From: Hyalangium minutum
Lineage (GTDB): Bacteria; Myxococcota; Myxococcia; Myxococcales; Myxococcaceae
NCBI RefSeq assembly: GCF_000737315.1
Contig: NZ_JMCB01000005.1
Span: 20,001-268,000 of the forward strand
Reading direction: 5' to 3'
DNA: 248,000 nucleotides
This document shows, piece after piece, positions 49,866-58,915 of this stretch (position 1 is its first letter; the number at the start of each line of letters is the position of its first letter). The notes beneath the pieces are model-generated. The model was not told where the DNA came from, did not search any database, and saw nothing but the letters and a program-made list of their open reading frames with translations. The position numbers were made by a program, and so were the translations under genes.

Positions 49866-50801
49866 ATGGTGGTCCTCATGAAATGGAGCTCCCTGTTGTT
49901 GGTGTCCCTGGGCCTTGCTGCTCCAGTGAGCGCTGCGCCCCCATCCACCCCCAAACCTTCCACCCCGCCCATGAATGCCTCTCCTGGAATCGAAGCCGAG
50001 ACCCGTGCCTGGCACACCGAACGCGTCTCCCGGCTGACGTCGGACGATGGGTGGCTCACGCTGGTGGGGCTGCATTGGCTCAAGGAGGGCGCCAACCGCT
50101 TTGGCTCTGCGCCGGACAATGACGTGGTGTTCCCGGCGGCCTTTCCCGCTCATGCGGGCACCTTCACCCGGAAGGGAGCCACGGTGAGCCTCGCGCTCGA
50201 GAAGGGCACGTCCCTGGCGCTGGAGGGCAAGCCCTTCACCGGAGGCGCGCTGCGCAGTGATGCCGACGGCAAGCCGGACACGCTGGCGCTGGGCTCCGTG
50301 CGCTTCTTCGTGATTCGCCGCGGCGATCGGCTGGGCGTGCGGGTGAAGGACTCGGAGGCGCCCACGCGCAAGGCGTTCCACGGCATCCCCACCTACGCCC
50401 CAAGCGCCGCCTGGCGGGTGGAGGGGCGCTTCGAGCCCGCCACCACCGAGAAGAAGATCTCCGTTCCCAATGTGCTGGGCGAGGTGGAGGAGATGGTGTC
50501 CCCGGGCACCGTCGTCTTCACCGTGGGAGGTCAGGAGTACCGGCTCTCGCCGGTGCAGGAGCCGGGCGAGGATCAGCTCTTCTTCATCTTCGGAGACCTG
50601 ACCAACCGCGATGAGACGTACGGCGCGGGCCGCTTCCTGTACGCAGCCATGCCGAAGGAGGGGAAGGTGGTGCTGGACTTCAACCGGGCCTACAACCCGC
50701 CGTGCGCGTTCACCTCGTTCGCCACCTGCCCGCTGCCGCCGTCGCAGAACCGGCTCAAGGTGCGGGTCGAGGCCGGAGAGAAGCGCTACGGCGACCACTG
50801 A
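49866..50801 (+). CDS. DUF1684 domain protein
   Basis: TYGAGRFL, LDFNRAYNPPCAF. Confidence 0.88.
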   Translation: MVVLMKWSSLLLVSLGLAAPVSAAPPSTPKPSTPPMNASPGIEAETRAWHTERVSRLTSDDGWLTLVGLHWLKEGANRFGSAPDNDVVFPAAFPAHAGTFTRKGATVSLALEKGTSLALEGKPFTGGALRSDADGKPDTLALGSVRFFVIRRGDRLGVRVKDSEAPTRKAFHGIPTYAPSAAWRVEGRFEPATTEKKISVPNVLGEVEEMVSPGTVVFTVGGQEYRLSPVQEPGEDQLFFIFGDLTNRDETYGAGRFLYAAMPKEGKVVLDFNRAYNPPCAFTSFATCPLPPSQNRLKVRVEAGEKRYGDH

Positions 50802-50813
50802 GCCAGCGCACGC

Positions 50814-51947
50814 TCATGCCGCCGAGAGCTTCAGGTCCTTGTTCAGTCCAGCGTCCCGGCTCACGCGCCAGATCTTCTGATCCAGGTAGTAGTGGTGCAG
50901 GGCGAAGCCCCAGATGAAGCCCGAGGCCAGGTCTCTCAGCGAGAGGCCTGCGCCGAGCATCAGCTTCGCGTCGAACGTGCCGCAGCCGGGGTGCAAGCCG
51001 AAGCCGCAGCCCAGCGCGCGGTAGGCCAGGGTGAAGGCCACGCCACACGCCGCATAGATGAGGAAGCGCCCGCTGATGCGCGGCGCGAGCCCGAAGTCGG
51101 CGTGCTCCACGCCGGGCCCGTGGTAGCGGTTGCGGTGATAGAACCAGACGATGCCGTGGTACTGGACGTTGTGGAACGCCGTCACCACCACGGCGACCAT
51201 GAGAAACTCCACGCGGCGCGCCACCCCGGGCAGGAAGAGCAGCACACTCAGCCCGATCGCCGCAGCCAGCAGCAGCACCTTGGGCCCGTTGATGCCGAGG
51301 CCCTGGCGCCACCGCTGGAACTGCCGCGCGGCGAAGAGCGCCACCACCGCGAAGGTCACCGCCCAGCACGCCCAGGCCAGGTTCTCCTCCACCCCCGGCT
51401 GCGGCCCCAGCCCGAGCAGCCTGCGCGCCACCGGGTGCGTGACGGCGAAGGCCCCGAACGGCGCCAGCAGCCCTCCATACAGCGTGAGGCTGTCCACCCG
51501 GCGATCCACTGGGAGCGTGTCCCGGTTCTTCCGCTGGTAGAGCGTCATCAGCCCGTAGTGCTGGCGCACCACGTGCCAGTAGGCCCACAGGCTGGCGAAG
51601 GTCAGGAACAGGTCGAACGGCAGCCGCTGGCCCAGCAGCACCGAGACCCCAAAAATCAGGGGACCCGCGGCGAACCAGCCCAGGCTGCCGAGCAGCAGCC
51701 GGCGCCTCGCCGTGCGCTCCCGACGGTCCAGGTAGGTCCTCGAAAGCGTGGCGAAGATGTGCGGCCCGTCCAGCGTGAGCACCCACATCCACCACAGCAC
51801 CAGGCCGCTCACGCCCACGCCCAGATGGAGGCCGAGCAGCACGAGGCTCGCAGCCAGCCCTCCCACGGTGGAGAGCAGATCATGCCGGCGATCGACGAGC
51901 CAGCCCGCGTGCAGGGGGACGGCGGGGGCGGCGGAGACTGCGCTCAT
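50814..51947 (-). CDS. Integral membrane protein with His motifs
   Basis: DGPHIFAT, HVVRQHYG, FHNVQYH, LHHYYLDQ. Confidence 0.65.
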   Translation of the reverse strand: MSAVSAAPAVPLHAGWLVDRRHDLLSTVGGLAASLVLLGLHLGVGVSGLVLWWMWVLTLDGPHIFATLSRTYLDRRERTARRRLLLGSLGWFAAGPLIFGVSVLLGQRLPFDLFLTFASLWAYWHVVRQHYGLMTLYQRKNRDTLPVDRRVDSLTLYGGLLAPFGAFAVTHPVARRLLGLGPQPGVEENLAWACWAVTFAVVALFAARQFQRWRQGLGINGPKVLLLAAAIGLSVLLFLPGVARRVEFLMVAVVVTAFHNVQYHGIVWFYHRNRYHGPGVEHADFGLAPRISGRFLIYAACGVAFTLAYRALGCGFGLHPGCGTFDAKLMLGAGLSLRDLASGFIWGFALHHYYLDQKIWRVSRDAGLNKDLKLSAA

Positions 51948-52114
51948 TCAGGGCTCCTGCGACGCGTGGGGTCCGAGCCCGTCAAGGATGCCATGGGGTG
52001 GGTGGATCCGCTGGGTGAGGCATGTGCCTACACAGTGAAGGTGCGGCCAAACAAGCGTGCTTTGGGGAAATTAAGAGCTTGAGCGAGGGGTATCGGAGCG
52101 CGACAGTTCTGATC

Positions 52115-55100
52115 ATGGAACAGGGGCGGCGCGCGACAGACCGGAAAGCCGTAGGTCTGCTGGTGAAGCTCAAGCACTCGGATGTGGGGAGCTTCGCAGA
52201 GGAGTTCGCCACCAACTTGAGCCCTGGCGGCATGTTCATTCGCACGCGTACACCGCAGGCGGTGGGCACGCTTGTGAAGTTCGAGGTGCAGATTGCCGGC
52301 GGCGTCCGCGTGCTGCGCGGCACGGCCGTGGTGCGCTGGGTGCGCGAGACGACCAACGAGGAAGGCCCTCCGGGCATGGGGCTCCAGTTCCAGGAACTGG
52401 ACCCGGTCACCCAGTCGCTCATCGATCGGATGCTGCAGCTCAGCAAGGCGGCCGCTTCAGCGGGTGGGGCCGCGGCGGCGGGGGACAAACCCTCCGTGGA
52501 CGTGGAGGCGCTGGAGCGGGAGATGCTGGCCAAGGGCATGCTGGACCGGGTCGGCAAGCGCATCACCGCCTCGCGCCTGCCTGCCATCGCGCCCTCCGTT
52601 GCCCCGGTCTCCCGAACGGCGCCCAAGCAGGGCCCCGGTGCGAAGCGCCAGGCCGAGGAGCTCCCCTCGGGCCCGATGCTGACCGATGAGCGGCTGGAGG
52701 AGAGCGCCGATCTGGGCGACCTCATGGACGATCTCGAGTCGATGGGCTCGCAGATCGGCAAGCCCGGCAAGCCGCCCGTGTACTCGGTGCACACGGCTCC
52801 CACGCCCGTGCCCCTGGCCGTGCCCCCTCCCGGCGAAGATGACGTGAACATCGCCGTCGATGACCTGCTTTTGGTCACCCCGGAGTCTGCTTCCGCGTCC
52901 TCCGAGGTGAAGTTCGAGGTCGTCGACGAGCCCATGCCCGACATCGACTTCGAGATGGAGTCGTTGGGCGGGGATCTGCCCGTGGCCGTGGGCATGGCGC
53001 TGGAGGACGCCGAGGTGGCCCCCGTCCTTCAGGGCCAGCCCGTGCCTCCTCCTCCTCCGGCTGCACCCGCTCGTCCTGCGGCTCCGCTGCCGCCCGTGGC
53101 GAAGGCCTACCCTGCCGTAGCGCCGCAGCCTGCTCCCTCTGTGCAGGCTGCTCCGCCCCCGCCCCCGGTCTCCGCCGCGCCCCAGGTCCCGCCGCCCGCT
53201 CCGCCGCCTCCGGCCGCTCCGCCGCCTCCTCCGGCCGCCGCGGCTCCTCCAGCTCCGCTCAAGCCTGCGTTCGACGTGGATGTCGAGCTGGGCCTCATTG
53301 GCCCCAAGCTGGTGAACCAGTCGGACTCGCCGGACTTCAAGCCTGGCAAGGGCGTGGAGTTCGAGCTGAACCTCGGAAGCGGCGAGGACATCGACGTCGA
53401 CAAGCCGGGTCAGAAGCCTCGGCGCAAGCCTCCCAACCGCGCGCCGCCGCTCCCTGCCGCTACGCCTCCGTCTTCAGGGCCCGCGCCCTCGGCTCCTCGT
53501 TCGTTCCCCGCGGGGGCGCCCGAGGCTCGTGCGGAGGCGCCGCGTCCCGCTGCGCCCGTTCCCGGGAGCGCTGCCGCGCCTGCGCCCGCGCCTCCCCGGC
53601 CGCCGGTTCCCGAGGCTCCCCCCAAGATGGTCTTCCCGCCGACCGTCTTCCTGCATCCGCCCGAGCCAGTGGTGGGCACGGGGCCGGTGATAGGCATCGA
53701 TCTGGGCACCACCAACTCGTGCGTGGCCATCATGACGGGGGGCCGTCCCCAGGTGTTGCGCTCGAAGGAGGGCTACAACACCATCCCCTCGGTCATCTCG
53801 ATCAGCTCGCAGGGCAAGCTGCTCGTGAGCCACCGGGCCAAGAGCCAGCTCGTCATGCGCCCCACGCAGACGGTCTACGGCGCGAAGCGCATTGTCGGCC
53901 GTCCCTATGAGAGCGCCGTGGTGAAGCAGGTCCGCGAGCGCTTCCACTACGAGATCGTCCCCGACGCGCTGGGCCGTGCCGCCGTGCGCGTGGCCGACAA
54001 GGTGCTCTCGCTGGAGGAGGTGCAGGGCCTCATCCTCAAGGAGTGCAAGGAGATGGCTGAGCAGCACCTCGGCCAGAAGGTGGAGCGGGCGGTGGTGACG
54101 GTGCCCGCCTACTACTCCGAGCCGCAGCGCGAGGCCGTGCGCAAGTCCGGCGCCCTGGCGGGCCTGAAGGTCGAGCGCATCCTCAACGAGCCCACCTCCG
54201 CGGCGCTGGCCTACGGCCTCAACCGCGAGATGGACAAGCGGGTGCTGGTCTACGACCTGGGCGGCGGTACCTTCGACGCGACCATCCTGCGCATCGAGAA
54301 GAACGTCTTCGAGGTGCTGGCCACCGGCGGTGACATCTTCCTGGGCGGTCTCGACCTCGACAACGCCATCGTCGACTTCCTGCTGGAGCGCTTCCAGCAG
54401 CTGGAGAACGTGCCCTTCCAGGGAGACGGCGTGGCCCTGTCGCGCGTGAGTGACGCGGCCGAGAAGGCGAAGATCGCCCTCTCCGAGCGCCAGCACTACG
54501 AGGTCCATATCCCGATGCTGATGATGGACGAGATCGGCCGACCGAGGGACCTCAACTTCACGATGACGCGCGCGGACCTGGAGCGCATCTGCGAGAGCCT
54601 GGTGTCGCGCACGCTGGATGTGGTGCGGGACGTGCTGCTGGACGCGCGGCTGAAGCCCAGCGACATCGACGACATCATCCTCGTGGGCGGTCAGGCGCGC
54701 ATGCCGCTGGTGCGCGAGAAGATCAAATCGCTGTTCGGCAAGTCGGCGCACTCGAGCGTGAACGCGGACGAGGCGGTGGCGCTGGGCGCGGCGCTGTACT
54801 CGACGGCGATCGACAAGGTGAGCAGCGTGGTGCTCATCGACGTGCTGCCGATGACGATCGGTCTGGCGATGCCGGGCGGCTCGTTCCAGCGCGTCATCGA
54901 GCGCAACACCCCGCTGCCGGCGCAGCGCTCGTTCGCGGTGGCGACCTCCCGGGACGACGAGGAGGTGCTGGAGCTGTCCATCTTCCAAGGAGAGGACAAC
55001 CACATCTCCGCCAACGAATACCTGGGCACCGTGCGGCTGGAGGGACTGCCGAAGGGCCCGAAGGGCTCGGTGCGCGTGGCGGTGACGATCAAGCTGGACG

Positions 55101-55315
55101 CGGAGTGTGTGCTCTACGTCGAGGCCCGGGAGTACCAGACGCGCAAGACGGTGCGGGCGACGCTGGCCACGCGGTACACGCCGGAGGAGTTGGCCCAACA
55201 GCTCAAGGTGGACGCGAACGCGGCGCGCGCAGCCGAGGAGCGCCGGGGCGCGGATCTGCGCGAGCGCGCGGGCCGCTTCTGGGGCTTCCTCAAGAAGGTG
55301 GTGGGCCGGTCCTGA
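52115..55315 (+). CDS. TIGR02266 PilZ-like domain, Pro-rich linker, Hsp70/DnaK domain
   Basis: NLSPGGMFI; GIDLGTTNS, TVPAY, EPTSAA, DLGGGTFD. Confidence 0.85.
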   Translation: MEQGRRATDRKAVGLLVKLKHSDVGSFAEEFATNLSPGGMFIRTRTPQAVGTLVKFEVQIAGGVRVLRGTAVVRWVRETTNEEGPPGMGLQFQELDPVTQSLIDRMLQLSKAAASAGGAAAAGDKPSVDVEALEREMLAKGMLDRVGKRITASRLPAIAPSVAPVSRTAPKQGPGAKRQAEELPSGPMLTDERLEESADLGDLMDDLESMGSQIGKPGKPPVYSVHTAPTPVPLAVPPPGEDDVNIAVDDLLLVTPESASASSEVKFEVVDEPMPDIDFEMESLGGDLPVAVGMALEDAEVAPVLQGQPVPPPPPAAPARPAAPLPPVAKAYPAVAPQPAPSVQAAPPPPPVSAAPQVPPPAPPPPAAPPPPPAAAAPPAPLKPAFDVDVELGLIGPKLVNQSDSPDFKPGKGVEFELNLGSGEDIDVDKPGQKPRRKPPNRAPPLPAATPPSSGPAPSAPRSFPAGAPEARAEAPRPAAPVPGSAAAPAPAPPRPPVPEAPPKMVFPPTVFLHPPEPVVGTGPVIGIDLGTTNSCVAIMTGGRPQVLRSKEGYNTIPSVISISSQGKLLVSHRAKSQLVMRPTQTVYGAKRIVGRPYESAVVKQVRERFHYEIVPDALGRAAVRVADKVLSLEEVQGLILKECKEMAEQHLGQKVERAVVTVPAYYSEPQREAVRKSGALAGLKVERILNEPTSAALAYGLNREMDKRVLVYDLGGGTFDATILRIEKNVFEVLATGGDIFLGGLDLDNAIVDFLLERFQQLENVPFQGDGVALSRVSDAAEKAKIALSERQHYEVHIPMLMMDEIGRPRDLNFTMTRADLERICESLVSRTLDVVRDVLLDARLKPSDIDDIILVGGQARMPLVREKIKSLFGKSAHSSVNADEAVALGAALYSTAIDKVSSVVLIDVLPMTIGLAMPGGSFQRVIERNTPLPAQRSFAVATSRDDEEVLELSIFQGEDNHISANEYLGTVRLEGLPKGPKGSVRVAVTIKLDAECVLYVEAREYQTRKTVRATLATRYTPEELAQQLKVDANAARAAEERRGADLRERAGRFWGFLKKVVGRS

Positions 55316-55361
55316 GGCCCCCCTCTGGCTCCCACGGGAGCGGTGCTGGTAGACGTGGCGT

Positions 55362-57044
55362 ATGTCGCGTCTCCCTGCCTCGCTGATCCTCCTCGCCATG
55401 ACCGGGGCCTGTGGCTCGGGCTCTGGTGGCGGTCCTGGTCCTTCGAATCCCGGGACGACTCCGAACACTCCTGCGGTCGAGATTACTCCGGCGGCGGGGG
55501 ACGAGTGGTATCGCAAGGCCGTCTTCTACGAGGTCTTCGTCCGGAGCTTCCAGGACTCGAATGGAGACGGGAAGGGGGACCTGAAGGGCCTCCTGTCGCG
55601 CCTGGACTATCTCAACGACGGCGATCCGAACACGACGCAGGACCTGGGCGTGGATGCGCTGTGGCTCATGCCCATCTTCGAGTCGCCGAGCTACCACGGC
55701 TATGACGTGGTGGACTACGAGCGCATCGAGCCGGACTACGGCACCCTGGAGGACTTCGAGCTGCTGTGCGTCGAGGCCCACAAACGGGGGATGCGCGTCA
55801 TCCTCGACTTCGTGATCAACCACTCGGGGGTAGGGCACCCGTGGTTCGTGGAGTCCGCCTCGTCGCCCACGTCGGCAAAGCGCGGCTGGTACGTGTGGAA
55901 GGATCAGGATCCGGGCTGGAAGCAGCCATGGAGCCAGTTCTCGAACACCCCCACGTGGCACAAGCGCAACGGCGCCTACTACTACGGCGTGTTCTGGGAC
56001 GGGATGCCGGACCTGAACATGCAGAACGCGGAGCTGCGCGCGGAGGTGAAGCGCCTGGCCTCGCTGTGGCTCGAGCGCGGCGCGGATGGCTTTCGGCTGG
56101 ATGCCGCGCGCTACCTCATCGAGACGGGGGCGGGCGCGGGCCAGGCGGACACTCCGGAGACGCACGCCTTCTGGAAGGAGTTCGCCGCGCACGTGCGGCA
56201 GGCCAAGCCGGACGCGGTGCTGGTGGGGGAGAACTGGAGCACCACGCCCATTGTCGCCACCTATTACGGCTCGACGGCGAAGGTGCCGGGTGGCGACGAG
56301 CTGCCGCTCAACTTCAACTTCGGTATCTCCGAGCAGATCCTCGCGGGGCTCAATGGCAACAATGCGGCGCCCATCGCGGCGAAGCTGGCGGAGATGGCGC
56401 GCGTATACCCGGCAGGGGTGAGCGATGCGCCCTTCCTCACGAACCACGACATGGTGCGGCTGTCCACGCAGCTCAGTGGGAACGCGGGCAAGCTGGCCAA
56501 TGCGGCGGCGCTGCTGCTCACCCTGCCTGGGGCTCCCTTCCTCTATTATGGAGAGGAGCTGGGAATGTCGAACGGTGGCGAGAACAACGACGAGTCCAAG
56601 CGCACGCCGATGCCCTGGAACGGCACGGCGGGAGGTGGCTTCACCACGGGGACGCCCTGGTACAGCTTCTCGGGGGGGTACACGTCGGGGCGCAACGTGG
56701 CTGCCCAGGAGAACGCTGCGGGCTCGTTGTTGTCGCGCTACCGGGCGCTGATCCGGGCGCGCCATGCCTCGGAGGCGCTGAGCCGCGGGGGACTCAAGCT
56801 CCTCTCGTCGACGCAGGGGACTCAGGTCATGCTCTCCTTCGTGCGCACGCTGGGCGAGGAGCGGGTGCTGGTGGTGCACAACGTCACGGACTACAACGTG
56901 TCCGCGGGCCCGTTCGACCTGCCGGGTACCACGCCCGAGATTCTCTTCGCCGACAGCAACGTCTCCGCGCTCACGAAGACCGCCACCGGTTGGCAGGCGA
57001 GCCTGCCGCCTCGCACCACGGGCATCTGGCGCCTGAAGCCGTGA
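55362..57044 (+). CDS. GH13 alpha-amylase lipoprotein
   Basis: SYHGY, DFVINH, GFRLDAA, GEN, NHD. Confidence 0.9.
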   Translation: MSRLPASLILLAMTGACGSGSGGGPGPSNPGTTPNTPAVEITPAAGDEWYRKAVFYEVFVRSFQDSNGDGKGDLKGLLSRLDYLNDGDPNTTQDLGVDALWLMPIFESPSYHGYDVVDYERIEPDYGTLEDFELLCVEAHKRGMRVILDFVINHSGVGHPWFVESASSPTSAKRGWYVWKDQDPGWKQPWSQFSNTPTWHKRNGAYYYGVFWDGMPDLNMQNAELRAEVKRLASLWLERGADGFRLDAARYLIETGAGAGQADTPETHAFWKEFAAHVRQAKPDAVLVGENWSTTPIVATYYGSTAKVPGGDELPLNFNFGISEQILAGLNGNNAAPIAAKLAEMARVYPAGVSDAPFLTNHDMVRLSTQLSGNAGKLANAAALLLTLPGAPFLYYGEELGMSNGGENNDESKRTPMPWNGTAGGGFTTGTPWYSFSGGYTSGRNVAAQENAAGSLLSRYRALIRARHASEALSRGGLKLLSSTQGTQVMLSFVRTLGEERVLVVHNVTDYNVSAGPFDLPGTTPEILFADSNVSALTKTATGWQASLPPRTTGIWRLKP

Positions 57045-57076
57045 AGTTGCCAGTTGCGGGGTGCTACATTTTGGGC

Positions 57077-57880
57077 ATGTCCCGCATCTGGCTCGTGCTC
57101 GTCTTGGTGTGTGCCCTGGCTCCACTGCAGGGAAGCGCCCAGAGTTCGCCGCCGCCGCTGGTCCCGTCGGCTCCCGAGGAGGACCCATATGATCCCAAGG
57201 GAGGCCCTACCAGCAGCGATCCCTATGGTGGCTACGATGACGAGCCAGCGCCCAGACGGAGCTCCGCTGACGGCGAGGAAAAGCCCAAGGAAGAGATCAT
57301 CCCCCATAAAGGGACGTCCTCGAGAGGCTCGAGGGCAAACAATGGGCGCGTCATCGGCGAGGCCGTGGTGGGGGGGCTGTTTGGGGTAGCGGGGGCCGTG
57401 CCGGGCTTGCTGATGATGTCAGAGCTCTGCCTGACAAGTGACTGTGACGACAGCGTCAACTCCCAGTTTTTCACGGGCATGGCGTTGGCCTTCACAGGAT
57501 GGACGCTGGGCTCGGGGCTCGGCATCGTGGTGGGAGGCAGCCTTGCCGGAGGCGAGGGTGACTTTCTGGCAACGCTGGGGGGATCTGCCTTGGGAGCGTT
57601 GGTGGGAGTGGGCGGGAGCCTGGCCACCCTCGGGCTCTCCCTGGCGCTGCATTCGGTCAGTGAGGGGCTCGGGATCCTGGCGCTCGTCATCACAGTGCCA
57701 CTCGTGAGCCTTCCCCTCCTCGTCTTGGGCCCCCTTGTGGGTGGAATCCGTTTCTACGAGAGCTCCCACGAGAGCGCCGTTGCACAACAGCAAGGGGCCA
57801 GCGCCAGTGTGCGGATGGTTCCGGTCATCAGCGTGAGCCCCTCGGGCGGGCTCGTCGCGGGGCTCATGGGGCGGTTCTGA
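57077..57880 (+). CDS. Hypothetical exported Gly-rich membrane protein
   Basis: Signal peptide and Gly-zipper-like TM segments. Confidence 0.55.
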   Translation: MSRIWLVLVLVCALAPLQGSAQSSPPPLVPSAPEEDPYDPKGGPTSSDPYGGYDDEPAPRRSSADGEEKPKEEIIPHKGTSSRGSRANNGRVIGEAVVGGLFGVAGAVPGLLMMSELCLTSDCDDSVNSQFFTGMALAFTGWTLGSGLGIVVGGSLAGGEGDFLATLGGSALGALVGVGGSLATLGLSLALHSVSEGLGILALVITVPLVSLPLLVLGPLVGGIRFYESSHESAVAQQQGASASVRMVPVISVSPSGGLVAGLMGRF

Positions 57881-57881
57881 A

Positions 57882-58835
57882 TCAGTGCACGGGCACCACT
57901 GCGGGCCATGGAGGCGGGTTCGGCCCGAGCACCTGCTCCTGCGTCACTCCCTCCGGCACCACCAGGTCCACCACCGGTGACTGGTTCGCCGCTCCCAACC
58001 TCCCTCCACCAAAAAACTCCTTCGAATCTCCCGGCACGATGGGCAGCACCATGGACGCTCTGGGGCCCTCCTTCCCGAACAGCGAGGACAGGTTCACCTT
58101 GTTCTCGAACAGAGCCCCTGTCACCGCGAGCGCGTAGCCCCACTCCGGCCGAGGCGCGCCGCCAAAGAAGTCGTTCGGCACGAAGAACTCCACCGTCGCC
58201 CCTGTCACGCGCACGCGCGTGGGGAAGAACACCTGCCCCGTCAGCTTGCGCTCCACCTCCGACTCCACCTCGCGCTGCGCGGCCTCGCCCAGGGAGCCTT
58301 GCTGGCGGATCCGCTCCTCGCGCTCCTCCCGTTGCCACTCTCCGCGCAGCTGGTCCCGCGCGTCATACGGCCGAGGCGTGAGCACGATGGCTTTCTCCCA
58401 CGCGCTCCCCGGAGCCAGCGAGAGGTTCCGCCCCGGCAGCGTCTCCGTGCGGCCCGAGCCCTCCACCCGATCCGTATCCACGTACAGGTCCAGGTTGAAC
58501 GTGTAGAACCCGAGCCGCGCCTTCTGCGCCTGCGTCTCTCCGGCGATGTCCACCGTCCGCGCCGCCTGGGGCTTCGCGATGGGCCGCGCGAAGGTCGCCT
58601 CGAACCGCGTGCCGTCATCCTCCGGGTACGCCACCAACAACAGCAGATCCATTGAGCCCGGCCCCAGGTCCTCGCGCAGCGGATAGCGCAAGTCCCCATC
58701 TCCGTGGTCATCCCCGCGCGGATCCGCCAGGGTGAAGAGCGGGGCAGTCCCTCCGGTGCTCCGGGAGAGGCACGCGCTGGCCAGCACGGCCCCCAGCGCG
58801 AGCGGCAGCAGGGCGCGGCGAAGCGGAAGCATCAA
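57882..58835 (-). CDS. Glucodextranase DOMON-like domain lipoprotein
   Basis: DPRGDDHGDG...YP motif; lipobox. Confidence 0.75.
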   Translation of the reverse strand: MMLPLRRALLPLALGAVLASACLSRSTGGTAPLFTLADPRGDDHGDGDLRYPLREDLGPGSMDLLLLVAYPEDDGTRFEATFARPIAKPQAARTVDIAGETQAQKARLGFYTFNLDLYVDTDRVEGSGRTETLPGRNLSLAPGSAWEKAIVLTPRPYDARDQLRGEWQREEREERIRQQGSLGEAAQREVESEVERKLTGQVFFPTRVRVTGATVEFFVPNDFFGGAPRPEWGYALAVTGALFENKVNLSSLFGKEGPRASMVLPIVPGDSKEFFGGGRLGAANQSPVVDLVVPEGVTQEQVLGPNPPPWPAVVPVH

Positions 58836-58915
58836 CGAGACTCCGTGGGAAAAAAGAGAGCCCGGCGAGCGTCGCCGCGCGCCGGGCCCTTCTCAAGCAA
58901 GAAGCGTGAGGCTGA

